The notes beneath the pieces were generated by a model, which worked only from the letters and a program-made list of their open reading frames with translations, was not told where the DNA came from and made no database searches. Position numbers and translations under genes: made by a program. Below, one piece after another: positions 8,629 to 15,120 of a stretch of 30,374 nucleotides of DNA. The stretch covers positions 1 through 30,374 of IMG/VR virus record IMGVR_UViG_3300043579_000029; one strand, 5' to 3'. This DNA comes from a virus (lineage: Duplodnaviria; Caudoviricetes). Every line of letters begins with the position of its first letter. Positions within the stretch are counted from its first letter, which is position 1.

Positions 8629-8812
8629 TGAGGATCATGCTCAGTATGTAGGGGAAATCCACGGGGACATTCGTAAACGTCACACAGACGGACGGTTAAT
8701 ACGTTTAATTCAAGTTCAAAAGACTTTGGAACTTGCTGATTATTTTATTGTTTATACGAAAGACAATTGTTCTTATGTCCTCTGGAAGGATACGGAGATT
8801 AAACAGATATGA
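8567..8812 (+). CDS. Hypothetical phage protein (81 aa)
   Basis: GAGGA SD; G.I.GD...R..DG..I pattern resembling a small phage family; ATGA-coupled to ung. Confidence 0.7.
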   Translation: MNRPKIPAQTVTAELRHWYFDEDHAQYVGEIHGDIRKRHTDGRLIRLIQVQKTLELADYFIVYTKDNCSYVLWKDTEIKQI

Positions 8813-9465
8813 ACACATGGGATGACATGGAATTCTGGAAATCCAAGGAATGGCAGATAATACAGGAGAGACTCGATGGCTTGGATAAGTCTCGGATTCC
8901 TTATAATCCTAGCAGAGAACTGTTATTCGCTGCCTTGGACGCAACGCCGTATGACCGGACGCGTGTTGCAATCATTGGCCAAGACCCATACCCAAGTTCA
9001 TCCCACGCGACTGGAATTGCTTTCAGTGTCAGAAAAGGTCTTAAAGTTCATCCACCAACGTTGATTAATATCTTTAAGGAATATGAATCAGATTTAACGT
9101 ATCCTTGGCCTACTGAGGGAGACTTAACCCCTTGGTGTGAGCAAGGTGTTCTCCTGTGGAACAGTATTCCCACTTGTGAAACCGGTAAAGCAGCATCTCA
9201 CCGGTGGCCTGAGTGGGAATACCTAACCAAAGAGATAGTGGAGAAGCTTAATGAACAGCAAATTGTATTTGCTTTTCTTGGTTCTATCGCTCACAATTAT
9301 TCTCAGTATACTGACCGGCGCAGTGAAGTAATTTGTATAGCTCATCCCTCCCCTAGAGCTAGCCTAAGAGCTTTCAATCCATTCGTTGGTTCTCGTATCT
9401 TCAGTACCATCAATGTTAAATTAAAGGATCAAGGTCTACCTATGATTGATTGGAGGCTTCCATGA
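8809..9465 (+). CDS. ung: Uracil-DNA glycosylase, family 1
   Basis: IIGQDPYP, ATGIAFS, PPTLINI, GDLTPWCEQGVLLWN, HPSP motifs. Confidence 0.95.
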   Translation: MNTWDDMEFWKSKEWQIIQERLDGLDKSRIPYNPSRELLFAALDATPYDRTRVAIIGQDPYPSSSHATGIAFSVRKGLKVHPPTLINIFKEYESDLTYPWPTEGDLTPWCEQGVLLWNSIPTCETGKAASHRWPEWEYLTKEIVEKLNEQQIVFAFLGSIAHNYSQYTDRRSEVICIAHPSPRASLRAFNPFVGSRIFSTINVKLKDQGLPMIDWRLP

Positions 9466-9716
9466 CTCACCGTTACGAGAGGCGTGCTAGCATAGGACGT
9501 TTGACGAAAGTTCTGAACAAAGAAATGCGCAAACTCTACGTACCTCATTCTGATGAGGCTGAGAAGCCCATTCTCCAGAAGATCAAACGTCTAGAGAAGA
9601 TCATCGAGATACGTATTCTGGGTCTTGCGAATCAAGGAGGCACTAGTGAGGTACAGCCACAGTCAGCTCAACCGACGCAAGCTTCGTCGGCATGGGGACA
9701 AGCTAAGGCTTCGTAG
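9462..9716 (+). CDS. Hypothetical protein (84 aa)
   Basis: GGAGG SD; ATGA overlap with ung stop. Confidence 0.65.
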   Translation: MTHRYERRASIGRLTKVLNKEMRKLYVPHSDEAEKPILQKIKRLEKIIEIRILGLANQGGTSEVQPQSAQPTQASSAWGQAKAS

Positions 9717-9810
9717 GGCACATAAAAAAGGATGGGTGAAGAAGATAATTGTCACCTTGGACATATACCTTCGCAAGGGAGATTGCTATGACTTTGCAAC
9801 TAAACGATGA
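9646..9810 (+). CDS. Small Arg/Lys-rich protein (54 aa)
   Basis: AAGGAGG SD before GTG 9646. Confidence 0.55.
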   Translation: MRYSHSQLNRRKLRRHGDKLRLRRAHKKGWVKKIIVTLDIYLRKGDCYDFATKR

Positions 9811-10057
9811 AGTCTATGCAAACATGGGAACTGTGTTCTTTCAGGGGTGGGTTGTCGGGTTTGTCAGACGCAGGAGTGGTATTCAATGCTACGTAATTGA
9901 GAACGATGATGAAATGGTTTTCATTGCGGAGCAGAGCCGTGTAAGGAGTATCCATGATGTCCAGACCCAAGATATCTCCCCAACAAGAAGCAGACGTAGT
10001 ACATGGACACCTGGACAGAGTTCCATACAAAATTCTGATCTTCAAGACTGGGATTAG
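9788..10057 (+). CDS. SH3-like protein resembling the DfrB/R67 DHFR fold
   Basis: AAGGGAG SD; LNDEV....G..FQGWVVGF.....YVIE....VFI aligns by eye with the DfrB pattern GDRV...G..WQGQIVGW.....YAVE....VQI. Confidence 0.55.
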   Translation: MTLQLNDEVYANMGTVFFQGWVVGFVRRRSGIQCYVIENDDEMVFIAEQSRVRSIHDVQTQDISPTRSRRSTWTPGQSSIQNSDLQDWD

Positions 10058-10220
10058 TCACAGAACTATCTTGAATGTATTGCACAGAAATGGATTAAAG
10101 AGTAGATATAAGCTCAGAAAAGTAAGAAAGGAGTACAATGAAGATCATAGACAAAAGAGAACAAGAAGAAGACAAGGAGGAAAACAAGGTCACTCCCTTC
10201 CGGTTGATCCAAGGGGGTAA
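9954..10220 (+). CDS. Putative helix-turn-helix DNA-binding protein
   Basis: AAGGAG SD; PYKILIFKTGISHRTILNVLHRNG resembles an HTH. Confidence 0.6.
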   Translation: MMSRPKISPQQEADVVHGHLDRVPYKILIFKTGISHRTILNVLHRNGLKSRYKLRKVRKEYNEDHRQKRTRRRQGGKQGHSLPVDPRG

Positions 10221-10461
10221 AGAACCTCCTTCGGAGAATTGGTTGATGGGTCTGACGAAGGATACTGTCTTTCTAGCTAGGGAGAAGCACTCTAAGGGCA
10301 TTGACTTAAATATGTACTGTGTTACATTTAAGTTCAAAGTAGGAGTATTGCTGACGTGGACCTTGGTAGATGACAAGCAAGTCCATGTATATGTAGATTC
10401 CTTGCGTTTTAGCAGGAACTTCGACTTAGTTGAAATTATTGAGGAAGGAGAAGATGAGTAA
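10138..10461 (+). CDS. Hypothetical protein (107 aa)
   Basis: AAGGAG SD. Confidence 0.75.
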   Translation: MKIIDKREQEEDKEENKVTPFRLIQGGKEPPSENWLMGLTKDTVFLAREKHSKGIDLNMYCVTFKFKVGVLLTWTLVDDKQVHVYVDSLRFSRNFDLVEIIEEGEDE

Positions 10462-10618
10462 TGTAATTGGGCCTATACGGCAAGACGATTGGTATACAAT
10501 GGTTATGTTAAGGTATTCAATTAAAGTATTGAAGGAAAGAAACAAGAACGGTAAGTTTGATGTTGCTATTACTAAAGAGAAAGAGATATATAAAGAAATA
10601 TTAAGGAATTATACGTAA
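10454..10618 (+). CDS. Hypothetical protein (54 aa)
   Basis: AAGGAG SD before ATG 10454. Confidence 0.6.
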   Translation: MSNVIGPIRQDDWYTMVMLRYSIKVLKERNKNGKFDVAITKEKEIYKEILRNYT

Positions 10619-10624
10619 AACCTA

Positions 10625-10653
10625 TTTACTTTTCAGTGAAAATATGCTAAAAT
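10625..10653 (+). promoter_or_regulatory. Sigma70-type promoter upstream of the DNA polymerase operon
   Basis: TTTACT-17-TAAAAT with extended -10 TG. Confidence 0.6.
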
Positions 10654-10664
10654 ATTAGCTCTTG

Positions 10665-10841
10665 CCGTCCAAGGTTTTCAGGTTCCTTCTGACGGACTCT
10701 AGGGTAACAGGTTTTTAAGTATCTAGGGTAAACTACATATACCCTAGATTATAGGAATACATAAGACATCTTAACCGCGTCAATCCCCAGAACGCGGTAC
10801 TATCTCTCTCTCTCTTACCGCGGCTACCCCTGTCCGCGGTA
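10665..10841 (+). other. Four consecutive hairpins (structured leader or replication-origin-like element)
   Basis: 10665-10695; ATCTAGGGTA/TACCCTAGAT 10721-10749; ACCGCGT/ACGCGGT 10774-10798; TACCGCGG/CCGCGGTA 10816-10841. Confidence 0.6.
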
Positions 10842-10860
10842 TTATCGTTAAGGAGGCTTG

Positions 10861-10962
10861 ATGACTCATTATTGGATATGTACTTACTGCAATACTCTCA
10901 ATCCTATGGACGAAGACCGGTGTACAGAGTGTCTACGTCTACGAGAAGGATTAGCAGAGTAA
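10861..10962 (+). CDS. RanBP2-type zinc-finger microprotein (33 aa)
   Basis: AAGGAGG SD; MTHYWICTYCNTLNPMDEDRCTECLRLREGLAE matches W-x-C-x2-C-x3-N-x6-C-x2-C exactly. Confidence 0.8.
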   Translation: MTHYWICTYCNTLNPMDEDRCTECLRLREGLAE

Positions 10963-10968
10963 TATGCT

Positions 10969-12945
10969 TTGATTTGTATCATTGACATAGAGGCTAATAG
11001 CTTAGAGAACCCTACACACATCTGGTGCATAGTCTGCAAGGATGCTGTGACAGGTACTATCGATGTGTTCAGAAACGTAGTCACAAACAAGGGAGCGAGA
11101 GATGCTTTTCTTGTATATGCGTCTAACGTTCAATTGTTTGTGGGCCACAATATACTCGGCTATGACGGGCCTGTTCTCAGGGATCTTATTGGTTTTGATA
11201 AGATTGTTAGTAATCCTTCCTCTTGTATTGATACTCTCATTATATCTAAGTTGGTTGACTACTCTAAAAAAGGAGGACACTCCGTCGAAGCCTACGGAAT
11301 AGAGTTCGGTGTACCGAAAGGTAAGAACTACTATCCAGACTTCTTCAAACAATGGTCACAAGAACTGGAGGACTACTGTGCACGAGATGTTGAAATCACT
11401 CATAGGATTTATAATCTTTATCTCAGGGTTATCAATGATATACGTTGGAGGAATGCAATTAAACTCGAACATCAATTTCAGTTGGTTGTTAATTCCCTAC
11501 ACAATAACGGGTTCAGCTTCAATGTGGCTAGGGGCAGCAATCTGCTTGAGACAGTAACTGAAGAACTGGCTAAACTAGATAAAGAAATACTTAATTCCTT
11601 TACTCCTAAGCTAACTTTAATTAGAGAGATTCATCCGGAGTTAACTAAACATGGAACATTACACCGTAAAGACTTCCGCTTTGTGGTTGACGGTGACCTT
11701 TCTGAGTATAATGGTGGGCCTTTCTCTAGGTGCAGCTGGGTCCCTTTTAATCCTTCTTCTCATAAACAGATTATTGGAGTCCTGCACTCAGCTGGATGGA
11801 AGCCCGTTGACCGTACCAGCACTCATATAGACGTAGAGAGAGCAATCAATAAGCTTAAACGTAGTAAACAAGAAGATAAATCAGTTGACTTAAGAACTCT
11901 TAATGATAAAGTATTGATACTAGGAAAGTATGGCTGGAAAATTAATGAGAATAACTTAAGCACTTTACCTAGTACTGCCCCCTCCCCTGCAAGAACGCTA
12001 GCTTTGCGTATCTTGTATGAGTCTAGGCGCCGTACCCTAACTGAATGGTTAGGACTAGTTCGAACCGAGTCATCCCGCATTCATGGAAAGTTCATAGGGA
12101 TCGGTGCCTGGACTCACCGTATGGCTCATCAGCAGCCTAATACGGCAAACATCCCCAACGATCTGGATACCCAAGGAAAGAAGAAGCTCTTGGGGAAAGA
12201 ACTACGTTCACTCTGGCAAGCACCATCTCGAAAGAGATTGCTTGTCGGAGTAGACGCAGAAGGCATACAGTTACGCATCTTTGCTCACTATATCGACGAC
12301 AAAGAGTTCACCGAAGCGTTAGTGAAGGGAAAGAAAGATGATAAAACCGATCCGCACTCTCTCAACCAACGAATTCTCGGCGATATATGTCCCGGCCGTC
12401 AAGCAGCTAAACGGTTTGTCTATGCCCTCCTCCTTGGCGCTGGTATCGGCAAACTCGCTGAGATACTGGGATGTTCAAAAGAAGATGCGCAGGTCGCTCT
12501 TGATCGTCTCATGCGTCGATACCAGGGATTTAGTGATCTTAAACAATCAATCATTCCATTCGACGCTAAAAGGGGCTGGTTCTATGGGCTTGATGGTAGA
12601 ACAGTTAGGATACCTGGAGAGACGGTTGGAGAGCGTAAGCACCTCTGCATGTCTGGCTATCTTCAAAACGGTGAAGCGATAATAATGAAGAAGGCTACGC
12701 TTAAGTGGCATGATTGGTTAATGGCTGATCCTAATAAATCAATATTAGTTAATTTAGTCCATGATGAATGGCAGACAGAATGTCCTAATAACATGGACAT
12801 AGCTTTAGAAATTGCACAACGTCAAGCTAATAGTCTTGAAGAAGTTGGTAAAGAATTAAAGTTAAAATGTCCTCTAGCAGGTTCTTATTGGAACGATGAT
12901 TTGAAAGACTATACTATTGGGACTAATTGGTCCCGTACTCATTGA
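10969..12945 (+). CDS. polA: Family A DNA polymerase with 3'-5' exonuclease (T7 gp5-like)
   Basis: Exo I DIEA, Exo II GHNILGYD, Exo III YCARD; motif A DAEGIQLR, motif B RQAAKRFVYALLLG, motif C VHDE. Confidence 0.97.
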   Translation: MICIIDIEANSLENPTHIWCIVCKDAVTGTIDVFRNVVTNKGARDAFLVYASNVQLFVGHNILGYDGPVLRDLIGFDKIVSNPSSCIDTLIISKLVDYSKKGGHSVEAYGIEFGVPKGKNYYPDFFKQWSQELEDYCARDVEITHRIYNLYLRVINDIRWRNAIKLEHQFQLVVNSLHNNGFSFNVARGSNLLETVTEELAKLDKEILNSFTPKLTLIREIHPELTKHGTLHRKDFRFVVDGDLSEYNGGPFSRCSWVPFNPSSHKQIIGVLHSAGWKPVDRTSTHIDVERAINKLKRSKQEDKSVDLRTLNDKVLILGKYGWKINENNLSTLPSTAPSPARTLALRILYESRRRTLTEWLGLVRTESSRIHGKFIGIGAWTHRMAHQQPNTANIPNDLDTQGKKKLLGKELRSLWQAPSRKRLLVGVDAEGIQLRIFAHYIDDKEFTEALVKGKKDDKTDPHSLNQRILGDICPGRQAAKRFVYALLLGAGIGKLAEILGCSKEDAQVALDRLMRRYQGFSDLKQSIIPFDAKRGWFYGLDGRTVRIPGETVGERKHLCMSGYLQNGEAIIMKKATLKWHDWLMADPNKSILVNLVHDEWQTECPNNMDIALEIAQRQANSLEEVGKELKLKCPLAGSYWNDDLKDYTIGTNWSRTH

Positions 12946-12958
12946 AAAGGAGAGTATT

Positions 12959-13135
12959 ATGACTAGCTATGAAGTGAATTTCAGTTATAAGTTGCCCGAG
13001 TGGGGTACTGTAACGCTGGAAGCTAAGGATCTTCAAGAGGCAGAAGAGCTGGCTCTTGAGTACGTCGAGGAGTCGTATCCTGACGTTGAGAACATCGAGG
13101 TTGATGCTATTCGAGAGATCACTAATGTCCAGTAA
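12959..13135 (+). CDS. Small acidic protein (58 aa)
   Basis: AAGGAG SD before ATG 12959; rich in E/D. Confidence 0.75.
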   Translation: MTSYEVNFSYKLPEWGTVTLEAKDLQEAEELALEYVEESYPDVENIEVDAIREITNVQ

Positions 13136-13598
13136 AGAAGTTTTCTTGAAAGGTAAAGCTAAGTGGGCTAGAGTGTCTACTCCTGATCCTTGGGGTCATT
13201 TTAAGATTACTCTATATCCAGACAGCGAAAGCATTAGTAAATTTAAGGAGTTGAAAGTAAAGAATACTATGAAAAGGGACGAAGACGGAGACTATCTTGT
13301 TCTCCGTCGTCCCGTTAATAAGACCATACGGGGTAAGGTCGTAGGCTTTGCCCCTCCTACTGTAGTTGACAGTGCAGGCATGCCTTTAAGAGATGTCTTA
13401 ATTGGCAATGGTTCTGATGTAACTGTTAAGTTAATTTATTACAGTTATATGTCTCCTCAAAAGGAGCCTGGCTTTGCTATTAGGTTAGAAGCCGTAAGAG
13501 TGGACAACCTAGTTCCATTTACTCCTAAGAGAGACTTTGAAGCAGATGAAGTTAAGGCTATGGGCACGCTCAATGAGCAGCCTGCTCCTAACTTTTAG
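13125..13598 (+). CDS. ssb: gp2.5-like single-stranded DNA-binding protein
   Basis: GKAKWARV, P.VVD..G, IGNGSDVTV, RLEAVRVDNLV motifs; C-terminal Phe; position after the polymerase. Confidence 0.85.
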   Translation: MSSKEVFLKGKAKWARVSTPDPWGHFKITLYPDSESISKFKELKVKNTMKRDEDGDYLVLRRPVNKTIRGKVVGFAPPTVVDSAGMPLRDVLIGNGSDVTVKLIYYSYMSPQKEPGFAIRLEAVRVDNLVPFTPKRDFEADEVKAMGTLNEQPAPNF

Positions 13599-13607
13599 TT
13601 AATTGAA

Positions 13608-13676
13608 TACGGAGGCAGGGCATAGCGCAAGCACCCTTAATGGCGTAAGACTCGTCGAGAAGCCTGAGCCTCCGTA
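13608..13676 (+). ncRNA. Structured RNA domain A (family unknown)
   Basis: Closed by TACGGAGGC/GCCTCCGTA with internal stems. Confidence 0.55.
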
Positions 13677-13682
13677 ACTAAT

Positions 13683-13837
13683 TTGCTAGTGGTCGAGAGT
13701 CGCAGTGTAGACACTCTTATTCCCACCGTAGGTGAAAGGGGACTTAGTCCATGGAATAGACTAGTCCAACATAAGAAAGGTTCAATTCCTTTCCATCTAA
13801 GGGAAGAGAGACGCAGGGGTTGCGTCCTGCCTAGCAA
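13683..13837 (+). ncRNA. tRNA-/tmRNA-like RNA domain B (family unknown)
   Basis: Acceptor-like TTGCTAG/CTAGCAA, T-arm-like GCAGG/CCTGC, CTCTT/AAGAG helix flanked by GAC on both sides, internal GG-TTCAATT-CC T-loop hairpin. Confidence 0.55.
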
Positions 13838-13840
13838 TAA

Positions 13841-14400
13841 GTGGCGTGACGGCGCTCTCCAAAGGCGACGGCGTCCCGGATGTACAGATCATGTGAATTG
13901 AATGTATGTTCGCATAATGACCCTTCCGCCATTAAGGGAATCGAATGGCACTAGGACCGTACCGACAATCCACGGTGCATTACCGTTCTTTACACCGGGT
14001 GTGTAGGGAGAAAACTAGAGCTAGCCCTGAGTGAGCTGCAGTCCGGTAGGGGACAGCAAAGATTGTCCGGGTCAGCCCATTCCTCAGATGGGTGTGAATA
14101 GTAAGTGCAGTTGCTAAGAAGCAACAACGAGCACAGTAGCACGTCTCCTGGCAAACCAACCAACGTTGGCAAACCAGTTCGGAGTGAGGATGTGAAACCT
14201 CATTCCCGAGCACTCTGTGTGACTAACAATACCTGACGCTGTGAATGGCAGAGAATGTGAAGGTACTTGACAACTCCACCAAAGTCTGATGCAGGCCCTA
14301 GCTTCCAAAGAGGCGAAAGGTTAGTTCGATCCCTGCAAAGTTGTGGTCAACGAACTTTGGATGTTGCCCGGTCAGTAGCTTAGTGACCAGGGTATTTTTT
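13841..14400 (+). ncRNA. Large multi-helix RNA domain C (~560 nt; candidate ROOL/GOLLD-class or new large ncRNA)
   Basis: No credible CDS; many helices, a pseudoknot at 13921-13949, terminal hairpin with T6 at 14365-14400. Confidence 0.6.
14365..14400 (+). terminator. Terminator-like hairpin
   Basis: TGCCC-GGTCA/TGACC-A-GGGTA followed by TTTTTT. Confidence 0.5.
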
Positions 14401-14403
14401 CCG

Positions 14404-14661
14404 TATGCAGGTGCTGTGAAAGGCACCCCACCCAGCTTAACGGACTGGTTCATGCCGGTATTGAGGATATAAGACAGCTGATTAACTTCGGACTGTTGGT
14501 GTTCATATACACCTCTGGTTCAGCTGGGGCGCTTAGCCTGCATAGTCTGTGAGCGCAACGCAGGTTGCATCAATAGATTACATGAGCAGAGCTCTAGCTT
14601 AGTACACTGGGCGCATTAGGGCACCGATACATGGTGGACAAGTCCTGGAATAGCTAACTCA
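14404..14661 (+). ncRNA. Structured RNA domains D and E (family unknown)
   Basis: TATGCAGG/CCTGCATA encloses 14404-14543; ATGAG/CTCAT and TAGCT/AGCTA enclose 14581-14661. Confidence 0.5.
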
Positions 14662-14711
14662 TAAGCCTTTTGCAGGAGAAGCACTGATATCTCTTGAAAC
14701 AGGAGAACGAC

Positions 14712-14780
14712 ATGCTGTGGTTCCTTTCTTCACGGCTACGCCGTATACTATTAGGCCTCGTCGTTCGACAACCCCCTTAA
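14712..14780 (+). CDS. 22-aa peptide MLWFLSSRLRRILLGLVVRQPP
   Basis: AGGAG SD 6 nt before the ATG; manual translation. Confidence 0.45.
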   Translation: MLWFLSSRLRRILLGLVVRQPP

Positions 14781-14822
14781 TTATACTATCCGCCGAGGGC
14801 AAGAAAACAAAAGGAGGTACAC

Positions 14823-15119
14823 ATGATGTACAATAACATGCCCTGGTATTATCCTCCATGTCCTCCACCGAACAGTTCTATCGACGATCTCGGTAGGTAC
14901 TTGAAAGCAATGAAGAAGATGAAGAGAGAATTGGAGGAAGAACGTAAGAAACACCATCACCATGATGGTCATGGACATCATCATGGAGACAGAAAGAAGA
15001 GACAGCTTACTATTTTGGAAGTGACTATCTTCTTACTATTAATCGCACCTTTCGTAGGATCAGCCTACGCATTGCTCATCGTTAAGATGATGCAAGCAAC
15101 AGCAGGAATGTTAAGATAA
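14823..15119 (+). CDS. His-rich membrane-anchored protein (98 aa)
   Basis: AAGGAGG SD; HHHHDGHGHHH followed by a hydrophobic C-terminal segment. Confidence 0.8.
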   Translation: MMYNNMPWYYPPCPPPNSSIDDLGRYLKAMKKMKRELEEERKKHHHHDGHGHHHGDRKKRQLTILEVTIFLLLIAPFVGSAYALLIVKMMQATAGMLR

Positions 15120-15120
15120 A

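Noticed and set aside
13741-13870. Canonical tRNA gene (T-loop GGTTCAATTCC; Trp-like loop CTCCAAA at 13857)
   Set aside because: No complete cloverleaf can be built around either motif
13637-14308. Short ORFs on both strands in the ncRNA locus (13637, 13683, 13980, 13990, 14114)
   Set aside because: No SD, mostly non-ATG starts, Arg/Ser/Cys-rich implausible products; the region is better explained by RNA structure
14279-14360. Hammerhead-like arrangement CTGATG...GCC/GGC-GAAA
   Set aside because: Core reads CUGAUGC rather than CUGANGA, has extra nucleotides before stem II, and the cleavage triplet would end in G; only a self-cleavage assay could rescue it
14404-14543. Cobalamin riboswitch resemblance (GGTGC...TTAA...CCGG)
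   Set aside because: Lacks the AGGGAA, GCAACTGT and B12-box consensus elements
13841-14661. Group I or group II intron, or RNase P RNA
   Set aside because: No recognisable P7 (R/S) elements, domain V or GAGGAAAGUCC motif, and no interrupted flanking gene
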